Shown one piece after another: positions 9,775 to 20,181 of a stretch of DNA of 64,000 nucleotides; positions within the stretch are counted from its first letter, which is position 1, and each line of letters starts with the position of its first letter. Source of the DNA: a virus. The notes beneath the pieces were generated by a model. That model was not told the origin of the DNA. It searched no databases and saw only the letters and a list, made by a program, of their open reading frames with translations. The stretch spans positions 1 through 64,000 of IMG/VR virus record IMGVR_UViG_3300028859_000017. One strand, given 5' to 3'. The translations under genes were made by a program, and so were the position numbers.

Positions 9775-10492
9775 TCAAATTTAGGGCTATAGGATTATCA
9801 ATTCCTGCCACACTATATCCCTCTATATCATCTTCAATAGATTTTATATTATTTTTACCAAAGGGAATAGGAGGTTCGGTCATAGCTTGTATTATTGGAT
9901 TGCCTATAACTCCTTGTCCGGCTTTATTTATTGCTGCTATAAGTTCTTTTGGTAAAATTTCTGATTGTGGTAAAATTACTAGAAAATCGTAATCTAATTT
10001 ACTATCTTTATCCTTTTTTTCTGGTTCTTCTACTTCTTTAACTTTATCATCTTCTATTTTAGTTTCTTTTTCCTTACTATCAAGAGGTGCTAAAACTTCA
10101 TCATCTAATACTTCTACTTCTTCTGATACCACCTTCTCTGGGATATTAGGTAGAGCATTATTTTGTGGCTGTAAATCAGTAAATGTAATTCTATAAGGTT
10201 TTGAAATACCTAATAATAGGCTACCATCATAAGTTTTTTTAAGTTCTGCTTCTGTAGTTTTAGGTGCCTCTAAAGTATTAAATTTTAAATCAGTGCTAGG
10301 AGTTGTAGATACATCACTAGGCTGTTGTTGTAATTTATTCTTATCTATTTCTTTATTCTGATAAAGAGCATTTAAGCTATCTATATTTAGATTTTCCCTA
10401 AGCAACGAAGTCTTAGATGCTAAAACTTCGTTTTTTCTTTCTGCTATAGTAGGAAAATCTAAAAAAGAAAAATTTTTTCTTTGTTTATACAT
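9755..10492 (-). CDS. Hypothetical protein, possible internal head protein
   Basis: 245 aa, charged; LLRE|N-type motif near the N-terminus. Confidence 0.45.
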   Translation of the reverse strand: MYKQRKNFSFLDFPTIAERKNEVLASKTSLLRENLNIDSLNALYQNKEIDKNKLQQQPSDVSTTPSTDLKFNTLEAPKTTEAELKKTYDGSLLLGISKPYRITFTDLQPQNNALPNIPEKVVSEEVEVLDDEVLAPLDSKEKETKIEDDKVKEVEEPEKKDKDSKLDYDFLVILPQSEILPKELIAAINKAGQGVIGNPIIQAMTEPPIPFGKNNIKSIEDDIEGYSVAGIDNPIALNLMKSNKK

Positions 10493-10494
10493 TC

Positions 10495-10959
10495 TTATGC
10501 CTTTTTAGCTGCTGCCTCTGCTGGAGTTTCTACTACAACAGTTTGTTCCGATTTAATTTCTGGTACCTCTACAGTAGCTGTTGAAGCAGTAGTAGTCTTA
10601 GATGTCTTAGTAGCTGCCTTGGTAGTTGCAGAAGTTGATGTAGTAGCTTGAGTTGAGTTATCAACATAAATTCCAGGTTTAACTATGGTAGGAGAAGTAG
10701 AAGAAGTGGAAACATTAGCCACTGGTTTTGTAGTTACTTTGGCAGCAGTAGAATTATTACGTAATACAGTAGCTGTTATATTATTTTTTCCTTCATCTAA
10801 TCTAGCTAAAATATGAGGCAAATACATATCCAAACCAGGATATGAAAGTTCAACAGTAGCACCAACTCCAACAGTAATATGAGAAACTGAATTATGCTGA
10901 TTAGATACTAAAGTAAGCAACTGACTAGTTTTAGTTATATTCTTATATATGTATACCAT
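10495..10959 (-). CDS. Hypothetical protein with Thr/Ala/Lys-rich tail
   Basis: ORF track start 10992; ATG at 10959, just past the upstream stop, is more likely. Confidence 0.5.
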   Translation of the reverse strand: MVYIYKNITKTSQLLTLVSNQHNSVSHITVGVGATVELSYPGLDMYLPHILARLDEGKNNITATVLRNNSTAAKVTTKPVANVSTSSTSPTIVKPGIYVDNSTQATTSTSATTKAATKTSKTTTASTATVEVPEIKSEQTVVVETPAEAAAKKA

Positions 10960-10960
10960 A

Positions 10961-11278
10961 TTATTTATCACCCTTTTTATGTAGTTTTCCACACATCTGA
11001 CAAGTTAACTCAGTAGCCTTTGAAGTGGCTTGATTAACTTCATCCCAACCATGTGTTTTAATAATATTACAACCAGGACATTCTTTTTTAGTGGTGGAAT
11101 ATTTCATGAAAGATACTTTATTTTTCTTGTCTGCTAATCTTTTTACTGGATCATCATCAACTATTTTATCGTATTTAGCAATAGAAGCAGACGTGGTGCC
11201 TGAAGGAGATGCTGTTTGAGCAGTATTTGATGTAAAGGCAGCTGCGTTATTTTCTTTTAATATATCTTGTAATTTCAT
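10961..11278 (-). CDS. Hypothetical protein with C-terminal CxxC...CxxC zinc ribbon; possible capsid-targeted protein
   Basis: MKLQDILKE|NN N-terminus; CPGC...CQMC. Confidence 0.55.
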   Translation of the reverse strand: MKLQDILKENNAAAFTSNTAQTASPSGTTSASIAKYDKIVDDDPVKRLADKKNKVSFMKYSTTKKECPGCNIIKTHGWDEVNQATSKATELTCQMCGKLHKKGDK

Positions 11279-11279
11279 A

Positions 11280-11789
11280 TTATACCCTATCCCTATTTAA
11301 TGCGATTCTATCAGCAAGAGGAGCAGATGGAAGTATCATTCTATCTACCTTAACTTCTGGTCCTGTATATTTTGGAGGAACTTCTTGTACTGGAGTAATA
11401 TCGACTGAACTAGAAGAATATTGACTACTTAATTTTTTATCTTCCATAGTATTCCAAGAATATTTTGGAATAAAAGGATTTCCAGTTGATATAGCCTTCT
11501 TAAATTCTTCTAAATTATATTCTATTAAAGTAGTAAATTTATGCTGTAATTTTTGTTCAAAATAAGTATTAATCTTCTGAAGACCGTTAATTAATGGTGA
11601 AGAATTTCGGGCTCTAAAAGCATCCTTATCTGAATTAGTATAACTCTGTAGTTGAAAAGTTAGAACGCTCATTTTAGATAGAGTCTTATAGAGGGAATCT
11701 ATATAAGCATTTATTTGACTTTCAGAAGACCTCATATCAACTACTTCCATTAATACAAAATCAACTAACTCTAATTTATCTATTTTCAT
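11280..11789 (-). CDS. Hypothetical late protein
   Basis: 169 aa, GAGGA RBS, TAATTAA motif at 11804-11810. Confidence 0.55.
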   Translation of the reverse strand: MKIDKLELVDFVLMEVVDMRSSESQINAYIDSLYKTLSKMSVLTFQLQSYTNSDKDAFRARNSSPLINGLQKINTYFEQKLQHKFTTLIEYNLEEFKKAISTGNPFIPKYSWNTMEDKKLSSQYSSSSVDITPVQEVPPKYTGPEVKVDRMILPSAPLADRIALNRDRV

Positions 11790-11821
11790 AAATCCTCACT
11801 AACTTAATTAATAAGTTATAA

Positions 11822-14800
11822 TTATGTTCCTAATATACTTGTATATTCTATGTTTATTACATCATAAGGCTGAAGAGCTTGAGTTACTAATTGATTTAAT
11901 ACTACTCTATAAGACCAATTAGAAACGGAAGGTACAGAAGTAAATTTCCAATCCTGCCCATAAACTAAGCCTATACCATTTTTGGAGACCATAACATCTG
12001 GAGTGGCTAAATCCCTATACATAGAAGACACTGGAGTTAATGCTACTTTAGCAGTTCCTAAAACAAGCTTAGTTAAATCAGTTGATGAACTTATATAGAT
12101 ATCATTGTCACTTCTATACCAAGAAATAATAGGATTATGTTCAAAAGTATATTGTAGGGGAAATGCCTTATTAGATACACCAAAAGGAACTGATATAGTA
12201 TTAATATCATTAGAATGCTGTGTATTATTAGTGGAACAAATTACCAGTTCACCAGTTAAATTAGTATATGATGGATAAGTTGGTAATTGTGTTAAATCTA
12301 ATGAATCATATACTATTTCTATAGTATCATTTATAGCCAATAAACAAGCAGGTGTTAGGTATACTGAATTAGGACTAGTAGAAAATCCCCAATAATCTCC
12401 ATATACTAACTTTATTCCATTTCTAAGTACGTCTATACTAGGAAAAGTAGAAGGAGCAGACGACCCTACTGATACTATGGCACCCGAATTTATCTGCTTC
12501 CAAGTTACAAATACGTTTTGTTTCTCTAAAATAAAAGTAGTATTTGATATATTTTCACTAGTTATAGTATAAAAGTCTTGATTTGTAATTAATCCAGAAA
12601 TATTTATATCCAAAGTATCAAATGACTCAGTAATTAGATTACCTATATATGGATTTATATCCATTCTAATAGCATTAGCATAAAAAGATGGTTTACAATT
12701 AGTAGATGAATTTAGGTAATAAGAAGCCCTATGAGAAAAATCAAAAGGAAACTCATATTGTGGAGTGTAGGGTATGAGAGACTGGGAAGATACTTTGACA
12801 TTTGGATATATAATTTTAGAGTTGCCCACTAAATTCCAACTTGGTGATGATGGAGCGACCCCAATAGATGGAGATATAGCTTGCCAATTTGTATTCAAAT
12901 AACTCACACACTGACCACTAATGTATAAAACAGTAGAATTCCAAAGTTGTGGATTTATTTGAGTTTTTAACATATTAGAGGAAGTAAATATTCCTTCTAA
13001 AATTTCAGTTTGGGGCACAACTTCCAAGGTATCTGAACTAGAACCATTTTTGTATATAGTAGTTTGGTCTATTTCATCTACATCATTATATTTATAATTA
13101 TCTACCTGATAATCAGAAGAAAAGGCTATACTATAATCACCCATAAAGTCAGTTCTAGTAAATAGAGCGGTATCTCCTCTATAACCTTGAATAGAGGCCC
13201 TGTTGTTTCCTTTATATGGGATTGGAATAGTAGAAGCAGAGCCCCTAGTCCACAAACTAGTTCTTGAACTTATATTTTCTCTAGAGGAAAAGAAATATGT
13301 TGGGTAAGTAGTAGAAATTGCCGAGACTACTGACTGCCATCTAGAAGAACTTCTATTTGCTATTTGAGCAGAGGATGAAGTATCTATACTGTTGTAGGGT
13401 AGAAAATAAGAGGTTTCTTGTACCGCAGTATTATAAAAATTACTCCATAATCCAAAACTAAACTGCTCTGAACCAACATAATTTTCTGTTGGAGTTACGA
13501 AAACTTCCCATAATCCAGTATCTAATGGTGATAGTGGATTAACTGTAACTGGAGCATTAGAAGTTCCAGTAGAGTCATTAAATAAAAGATACCCTTTAGT
13601 GAATAAAGGTGTTAAATCAGATTTATATTTTCTAGTAATTTGTAAATCTTCTAATAAAGTTCCTGTAGAAGAGTCAAAATACATTACAGGATTATAACTA
13701 GTAGTTTCAATATAAGTTTCATTAGAACTATTGTCTAAAAAAGTAATTCTATTAAATTTTTTATTTTCTTTTCTTGTAGCTATGTTAGTATTTCTAGTAA
13801 TACTATCATTATTGTACATTACTGAATTTGGTTCCAATTTTGGATATATGATATAAAAGTCTAAACCAGATACTAAATTCTGTGGATTAGAGTCTCCTAC
13901 TAATAATGAAATAGCATATTGATTAATAATAAATTTTTTATTTATTGTGTCATAATTATAATGAAGTTTCTTGAATAATCTATAAAAAATATTGTTATAG
14001 CTAACAAAGACTAATAAATCTGATACCAAAAGAGCATTAGTCCAAGAAAGTAGGTCTGATAATCTATTCCCAGAATATAATGAAGTATTATTAGAAACTC
14101 CTCCAGAAGAAGTTATTTTATTATATATAGGAAGATATCCAACAAAAGAAACTGGAGAATTATTAGGACTATTCAATACAATCTCAGAACTAGAAGATTC
14201 TATAGTTAGAGTGTCATCATAAAACCCATTTCCAGCAACATTAATAGATATACCTGTTACATCCCCACTTGAATTTTGTAAAGCAACTTCTTTAACTAAA
14301 TACCCAAGAGAGCAGCTATGTAATAAATTGGTTGGATAGGAATAAAAAGAGTATTGAGGAGTTGGTGTAATCGACGTATAAGTAATATCATTATCTACTG
14401 AAGAAACTAACCATACTGGTGTGCTGGTAACAAAAGCATCCAAACTAGTTTCAGACACAAGAGAATAAGAGGCCAACACAGTTATTGTATTTGATGTGAT
14501 ACTAGAGATTGTAAAACTATTATTATTTTCTGAGTTTATAAAGCCAGATAAGGTTATTATATTATTTACAGCATATCCTGAAGAAATAAAATTTAAAGTC
14601 CCAGAGAATGCTACAGAGATTGTATTTGTGGTAGCATTAATTGATACCATATAACCATTAGCTATATTTGTATAGGCATTAGTAAATTCTGTGTTTGTAT
14701 AAAAATTAGGAGATTTAGAAGCTAAAATAAAATCAGAGGAGGACCATATAGAAGTTCCTGAATCTGTCAATCTATTTACAGAATATCCAGATAAGGTAAA

Positions 14801-15877
14801 TCCTAAAGAAGTTAAATAGAATATATTAGACTCAACTTCTAAATTAGATAAAGTAAAGGATTCATTAGCTATTCTTAAAGAACCTTTTATATATGATGGG
14901 TCATCTTCTGATAACTCCACATCATTAATAACATCTATCTCTTGTAAATTATAAAATTTAACATGTTCATCAGTATCATCTTCTAAGGAAACGTTTATAG
15001 CCGAAGATTCTCTTGATATAATGGCATCACTTGAGGAATTACCAAAGCCTCCTGATGAATCTATATCAGAGCCTAATAGATAGTCTGTCAAATCATACAT
15101 GACTAAAAAGTCATTTATATATACATGAAAAGGCTTAAATTGAAGTAATAAATCAACTGCTTGAGACAGATTAGAGTCAGTAAAAACTCCATTAGTATTA
15201 AAATCTAAGTCTAAGTCTTTTTTAAGGACTACATTAATTCTAGAAGCCTTAGATAAGCGTGAATTAGACCCCTCACCTGTTGTAGGGTTATATTCAGGAG
15301 TAGAGGACAACTCAGTAGTATAATCAGTATTTGAAACTATTGTTCCTTCATTATATGGAGACAGTAGGTCAGAAAATGAATCATTATATAATAAATTCTT
15401 AATGTCTGGGGCAACCGTTCTAAACCAAGGCTTTACTGTAACAGTATCTGGAAAGGCATTCCATACTCTTTCTTTTGGAACTATATCTCCCTCATAGTCT
15501 CTCCAAAGTTCAGAAATAAATACTGAATAGCCTATTAATTTTTCAGCTAATGTAATAGATTTTCTAGTACCCTTAATCTTCCAGAGCATAGGAGCTGCAT
15601 GAAGCTGCTCCCTCCAAGAAGCCACATCAGTTCCAATTAAATTCCAATTTACAATAGAAGCTAAGAAAGGTAAATACTTTGGAGGACATAAGTCTACATT
15701 AAATAACTCATCCATTGCTGCTATTTTTAGATAGAAGGAATAGTATAAATTCTGTGCCAAAGTAAGAACTAGTATTTGAAGTGGATTTCCATTATTTACA
15801 TCATTATCTCTATACACCTCAGGTACTTTGGACCAGATACTATTATAAAAATCTGTAAAACTTAAGACAGGTCTCAA
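11822..15877 (-). CDS. Large baseplate wedge protein (P2 gpI/T4 gp7-like N-terminal domain)
   Basis: TTG start with AAGGAG RBS; DLCPPKYLPFLASIVNW...WKIKGTRKSI...FKPFHV motifs of the tail protein I family; 1351 aa. Confidence 0.7.
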   Translation of the reverse strand: MRPVLSFTDFYNSIWSKVPEVYRDNDVNNGNPLQILVLTLAQNLYYSFYLKIAAMDELFNVDLCPPKYLPFLASIVNWNLIGTDVASWREQLHAAPMLWKIKGTRKSITLAEKLIGYSVFISELWRDYEGDIVPKERVWNAFPDTVTVKPWFRTVAPDIKNLLYNDSFSDLLSPYNEGTIVSNTDYTTELSSTPEYNPTTGEGSNSRLSKASRINVVLKKDLDLDFNTNGVFTDSNLSQAVDLLLQFKPFHVYINDFLVMYDLTDYLLGSDIDSSGGFGNSSSDAIISRESSAINVSLEDDTDEHVKFYNLQEIDVINDVELSEDDPSYIKGSLRIANESFTLSNLEVESNIFYLTSLGFTLSGYSVNRLTDSGTSIWSSSDFILASKSPNFYTNTEFTNAYTNIANGYMVSINATTNTISVAFSGTLNFISSGYAVNNIITLSGFINSENNNSFTISSITSNTITVLASYSLVSETSLDAFVTSTPVWLVSSVDNDITYTSITPTPQYSFYSYPTNLLHSCSLGYLVKEVALQNSSGDVTGISINVAGNGFYDDTLTIESSSSEIVLNSPNNSPVSFVGYLPIYNKITSSGGVSNNTSLYSGNRLSDLLSWTNALLVSDLLVFVSYNNIFYRLFKKLHYNYDTINKKFIINQYAISLLVGDSNPQNLVSGLDFYIIYPKLEPNSVMYNNDSITRNTNIATRKENKKFNRITFLDNSSNETYIETTSYNPVMYFDSSTGTLLEDLQITRKYKSDLTPLFTKGYLLFNDSTGTSNAPVTVNPLSPLDTGLWEVFVTPTENYVGSEQFSFGLWSNFYNTAVQETSYFLPYNSIDTSSSAQIANRSSSRWQSVVSAISTTYPTYFFSSRENISSRTSLWTRGSASTIPIPYKGNNRASIQGYRGDTALFTRTDFMGDYSIAFSSDYQVDNYKYNDVDEIDQTTIYKNGSSSDTLEVVPQTEILEGIFTSSNMLKTQINPQLWNSTVLYISGQCVSYLNTNWQAISPSIGVAPSSPSWNLVGNSKIIYPNVKVSSQSLIPYTPQYEFPFDFSHRASYYLNSSTNCKPSFYANAIRMDINPYIGNLITESFDTLDINISGLITNQDFYTITSENISNTTFILEKQNVFVTWKQINSGAIVSVGSSAPSTFPSIDVLRNGIKLVYGDYWGFSTSPNSVYLTPACLLAINDTIEIVYDSLDLTQLPTYPSYTNLTGELVICSTNNTQHSNDINTISVPFGVSNKAFPLQYTFEHNPIISWYRSDNDIYISSSTDLTKLVLGTAKVALTPVSSMYRDLATPDVMVSKNGIGLVYGQDWKFTSVPSVSNWSYRVVLNQLVTQALQPYDVINIEYTSILGT

Positions 15878-15889
15878 AAGTAGTTCTCC

Positions 15890-16459
15890 TTAAAATATAT
15901 TAAAACTACCAGAAAAGAAGATAGAGTTTGGACCGGTAATTTTTCCTAATTGAATAACTGGAGTTGGAAGACCTGAAGTAGAAGTAGTTAACCAATAGTT
16001 ATTTTGTGGAGAAGTATTACTTGGATTTGTATCTAAATAAATTGTTAACCCAGAGCTAAAAGAAGAAGGAGAAACAAAGCCCGTAATTGCTGATACAACT
16101 TCAGAAGGATAAACAAAATTAGGACAGAAAGTTATAATGACATAATAACCTTCATCATCTTGAAGTGTAACTACCATTCCATAACGTGTAATCGTCTGAG
16201 TAGTAGTTCTCACATTATCAATTATCTCATTTGGAAGAACCGCCACAATATCATAAAGATTAAATTGTTGATTTCCTAATGATAATACTCTACTAACACA
16301 TCCACTATAACTGAAAGTTTTATTTATACTATCAGCATAATCGTAAGAATTTTTAGGAGCTCTGTTAATATTTTTATAATAAGGACTTTCATCTTGTAGT
16401 AGTGGATTAAATGAAGATATCTCTGCTTCTTGTGAAGTGTTATTATGTCTTACAGTCAT
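15890..16459 (-). CDS. Baseplate/fibre-associated protein
   Basis: 189 aa; YYKNINRAP N-terminal motif and C-terminal IYL...VIQLGKI domain shared with neighbouring proteins. Confidence 0.5.
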   Translation of the reverse strand: MTVRHNNTSQEAEISSFNPLLQDESPYYKNINRAPKNSYDYADSINKTFSYSGCVSRVLSLGNQQFNLYDIVAVLPNEIIDNVRTTTQTITRYGMVVTLQDDEGYYVIITFCPNFVYPSEVVSAITGFVSPSSFSSGLTIYLDTNPSNTSPQNNYWLTTSTSGLPTPVIQLGKITGPNSIFFSGSFNIF

Positions 16460-16460
16460 T

Positions 16461-19010
16461 TTATCTTATCCTTACAATAGAGGCAGTACTGTTTACACCA
16501 CTACAAGAAGTAGTTCCTACTAATAAATAAATTTTGTCTAATGGATTTAAAAATACAGTTGTGGAGAAAGAAGTTCCTAAAGTAAACCAGGACCCACTAG
16601 CTGTAGCAGACTCATATCTAGAATCTAAAACATAAATCGTGTTAGAACTATCTACCTTAAGTATAACAGATTGTAAAATAAAGGTTTTATAACTTGTTGG
16701 ATTAGATAGATTTAAATCTATGTGAAAAACAGCACCTTCAGTTCCTGAATTTAGACCATTAAAGGTATATGAACCATCATTGTTATAGGTAAAGTAAGAA
16801 GTAGTAGAAGTGATAAAGCCATTATCATAATCTGATGTAGGATTAACTGCTGAAACCCAATTAGTGGGACTTTGTGAGGCTCCAAAAGTAGTATTAGAGT
16901 AAGACTGTGACCCATTTAAGTTTACATTAGCTCTACTCCAAGAAGCACATATTGAAGGACCTAAAATATTTTCTACTAAGGTATCTAAATTATTGTCTAA
17001 ATATCCTTTATTTAGAATACAGTTGGCAGCATCTGAAGAGGTAAGAGTGATAGCAGGGTCCATGTAAAGTCTAAAAGTAGAGGTACTATTAGCATTAAAA
17101 AGTAAAGAGGCTGAATTACACACTATAGAAGCTTGACTAACAGGACTATCAGGGCTAGTTATAATTATAGGATTATCATTAGTAAAAGATACAGTATTAT
17201 TAAAGGTATTAGTTCCAGTAAAAGTTTGGTTGTTAGCTAAAATAGCTGGCCCAACTATTGTGTTAGTGCTTACATACCATTTAACCCAAGAAACGGTAGT
17301 TAAATCAGTAGTGTTACTAAAGGTAGAATCTTGAGTAGTTAATCCTCTAACTGTTTGTAAGCCACCAATTCCAGAACTTGTTAATGCCGAAAATTGAACT
17401 GGGTTAGCACTAGCAATATTAGTAACTGACATTGTATTAAATAGCATAACAGTAGAAGAATCTGAATTACTAGTGACATCAGTATATAAGCTTCCAGTTA
17501 TAGGATTACTAGATGAATTTCCTGCTAATGGAATCATATTTGCTATACTACTTGTTAGAGCATTTACAGCAGAATCCACATATGCTTTATTAGTTATTTC
17601 TAAGGCGTTTGATGCTGTATTTTTATAATAAGCTCCTATAGAGGTATTAAGAACTATCATATCAGTATCAAAAGATATTATAGCATTGTTGGCAGAATTT
17701 TTATTTGATATAGATAATGTAGAACTGCCAACTAAAGTAGATACCACATTAGAAGTAGAAGCATCTAAATAATTTAAAGTAGTATCAGTATTTGTTATAT
17801 ATCCTATAAAAGCCCCTAAACCATTACTCTTAAAAGTTCCAAAAGAAATACCATGAGAATAGGACATGGCAGTAGTAGTTAAAAAGGGAGATAAAGTAGC
17901 ACCAGTTATAGAAGTAGCTGTCTGACCATAACTTGTAGATATAGCATCAAATTGGGCAAACAGACCTATAGTAGAAGTTGCAGCAGAACTATTAAAATAA
18001 AGAGAAGTACTTATATTCTGAGAAAGCTCACTTAAATTAGTTGATAAATTCTGAGAATGAAGCATATAATTTTGAGTGAACCCATATAAGGTTCTTATAT
18101 TTACTCCAGCTGTTCCGAGCTTATCATTACTTAATAAGTCAGCAGCTAGAGCAGGAGAAGCAAAATGTAATTCATCTAATAAACTTTCAACATTAGCAAC
18201 AGCAAAAGTTCCATCTTGATTTGTAGTTAGTTGAGAGCTTGAAAAATATACTGGTACAGTTGATGAGAAAGAAGAGGCTGTAAGTGAAGCCACAGAAGAA
18301 GCATACCCAACCTGATTTACATAAGCTATAAATGGATATGCTGAATTAGTAGTATTTACTAAAACACCAAAATCAGATACTGATGTTACACTATTATCTA
18401 TATATTTAGTAAGTAATCCAGTAGTGCTATCATTTATATTTTTAGCAATAAATCTATTATCACTTAATACGCTAACCTGATTACCTCCAAAAGATATAGT
18501 ATTGGAAGTCAGTATTTTTCCTACAAATAAATTTTGATAATTATATCCAGAATAATATAAATCAAAATAAACTTCATCAACTAAAGCTCCTCCAGGTCCA
18601 ACTTTTAGAGCATTACCGGTAGAGGTAGATAAAAAACTATTATATAAATTAGAAATTGTAATAGTAGAGGAAAAGGAAAGTGCCTTATAATTAGAATTTC
18701 CCAAGGCAGCCGTTATCAAATATATAGGTACAGTAGCATAATCTATAACGGTAATAGCTTGAGAAATATCTATTGGATGAAGAAGTCCATTATACCCAAC
18801 ATAAGCACAGGTTAAAGGTAAAAAACCACCAACAGGTTCTGTCTCTGGGTCAGCTGATATTTCTTGATAAAAACCAGCAGAAGCTATGACACTATTTAAT
18901 AAATCAACATTACTGGAAATATTATACAAAGGTCTGTTGTCCGAATTATACTCGTATATATCGGAAGCATTATAATAATTTACAGTATTCAGAGTGACTT
19001 TACTTGACAT
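16461..19010 (-). CDS. Tail fibre protein
   Basis: 849 aa; TNKAYVD, LNKGYLD and NQTFTGTNTF fibre motifs; C-terminal C1q-like beta domain. Confidence 0.7.
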   Translation of the reverse strand: MSSKVTLNTVNYYNASDIYEYNSDNRPLYNISSNVDLLNSVIASAGFYQEISADPETEPVGGFLPLTCAYVGYNGLLHPIDISQAITVIDYATVPIYLITAALGNSNYKALSFSSTITISNLYNSFLSTSTGNALKVGPGGALVDEVYFDLYYSGYNYQNLFVGKILTSNTISFGGNQVSVLSDNRFIAKNINDSTTGLLTKYIDNSVTSVSDFGVLVNTTNSAYPFIAYVNQVGYASSVASLTASSFSSTVPVYFSSSQLTTNQDGTFAVANVESLLDELHFASPALAADLLSNDKLGTAGVNIRTLYGFTQNYMLHSQNLSTNLSELSQNISTSLYFNSSAATSTIGLFAQFDAISTSYGQTATSITGATLSPFLTTTAMSYSHGISFGTFKSNGLGAFIGYITNTDTTLNYLDASTSNVVSTLVGSSTLSISNKNSANNAIISFDTDMIVLNTSIGAYYKNTASNALEITNKAYVDSAVNALTSSIANMIPLAGNSSSNPITGSLYTDVTSNSDSSTVMLFNTMSVTNIASANPVQFSALTSSGIGGLQTVRGLTTQDSTFSNTTDLTTVSWVKWYVSTNTIVGPAILANNQTFTGTNTFNNTVSFTNDNPIIITSPDSPVSQASIVCNSASLLFNANSTSTFRLYMDPAITLTSSDAANCILNKGYLDNNLDTLVENILGPSICASWSRANVNLNGSQSYSNTTFGASQSPTNWVSAVNPTSDYDNGFITSTTSYFTYNNDGSYTFNGLNSGTEGAVFHIDLNLSNPTSYKTFILQSVILKVDSSNTIYVLDSRYESATASGSWFTLGTSFSTTVFLNPLDKIYLLVGTTSCSGVNSTASIVRIR

Positions 19011-19027
19011 TATATATTACCTTATAA

Positions 19028-19849
19028 TTAATTGACTTTTTCTATTGTAAAACCATTAGTCTTATAACCCAACTTAGCTGCTCTTGAAATATTAGTTATA
19101 TTATACTGTTTAGAAATCTCATTTAATCCAATAACATATTCTACAATTCCATCTGGGTGTATGATTTTCCACTGTTTCTTATTTAATTCTCCAACTAAAT
19201 GTCTTGATTTTATTATGTTTTCCTTCTTTTGTTTTATTAAATATTCTCTGTTTTCAATAGCTTTTTGATTTAATTTAGTATCTTCAAATTTACAAGTCCA
19301 TCCCCAATAAGTTTCAGAAGGACTTTTTCCTGCAGCTAGTGAGTAAAGGGCATGTCTTATTACAACCTCATTTACTCTATTACTATTATTATCATATATC
19401 TCAAAATATCTTAAAACTTTTGTTCTAGTTACTACACCTTCTGGAGATGTCACTATATACCAATATTTAGAGTATGCTTCTGCTTTCTTTTTTTTATATT
19501 CTTCACTTCTTTTAATACCTGTATTATTATATGCTGTTGGACTGATATTATATCCAATACTACTATCATAAGTTTTATAATAATCTAAATAATATTGTTC
19601 TCTAACTTCTAAATTAGAAGTTAATTCTAATATACCAAAAGTAAAAGAAGATTCTCCATCTATATTATAAGCACTTTGTAAATGTCTTGAATGATGCTTA
19701 TTAGCTCTCAATAATCTTCTATGTTTTCCAAAACGAAGTTTAAAATTATTAGCACTTCCAATATATTTTTTATTGTTTTTTATATTAGTTATTACATAAA
19801 TACCAGAGTAAGTATTAACTTTCTTAGAACTCTCTGTTAAACTAATCAT
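19028..19849 (-). CDS. GIY-YIG homing endonuclease (Seg-like)
   Basis: SGIYVITNIKNNKKYIGSA...R...H...LQSAYN...EQYYLD...GYNI. Confidence 0.9.
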   Translation of the reverse strand: MISLTESSKKVNTYSGIYVITNIKNNKKYIGSANNFKLRFGKHRRLLRANKHHSRHLQSAYNIDGESSFTFGILELTSNLEVREQYYLDYYKTYDSSIGYNISPTAYNNTGIKRSEEYKKKKAEAYSKYWYIVTSPEGVVTRTKVLRYFEIYDNNSNRVNEVVIRHALYSLAAGKSPSETYWGWTCKFEDTKLNQKAIENREYLIKQKKENIIKSRHLVGELNKKQWKIIHPDGIVEYVIGLNEISKQYNITNISRAAKLGYKTNGFTIEKVN

Positions 19850-19869
19850 ATAGTTAATTCCTATAAAAA

Positions 19870-19890
19870 TAGCCTACTAAATATAGGCTA
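19870..19890. terminator. Hairpin, probable intrinsic terminator
   Basis: TAGCCTA-ctaaata-TAGGCTA flanked by A and T runs. Confidence 0.5.
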
Positions 19891-20181
19891 TTTTTTTGAA
19901 ACATCATCAAATTGTTTTTTTCTATCTACTTCCAGCTGTTCTGCTCTTTGTTGTAAATAAACTAAATCAATAGGCAATATATATTCTGTATACAGATACT
20001 CCATTTTAAGAGAAAAACGCAAAAGAACTTGTATATCGTATAAATAATGATGACTATAAAAGTTAGTAAAAAAGTAATACTGTATAGCCTCAAAATTATC
20101 CACGGATTCCAAGGTTACTGGGTAGTCAGCTCCTATGTAATTATAGAAAAAAGATATCAGTAAATGGTATATCGTAATCAT
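19888..20181 (-). CDS. gp51-like baseplate hub assembly segment, possibly translated as a frameshift extension of the upstream gene
   Basis: Overlaps the end of 20141..20953 in the +1 frame; no convincing RBS; LYDIQVLL...MEYLYTEYILPID resembles gp51/chaperone C-terminal segments. Confidence 0.5.
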   Translation of the reverse strand: MITIYHLLISFFYNYIGADYPVTLESVDNFEAIQYYFFTNFYSHHYLYDIQVLLRFSLKMEYLYTEYILPIDLVYLQQRAEQLEVDRKKQFDDVSKK

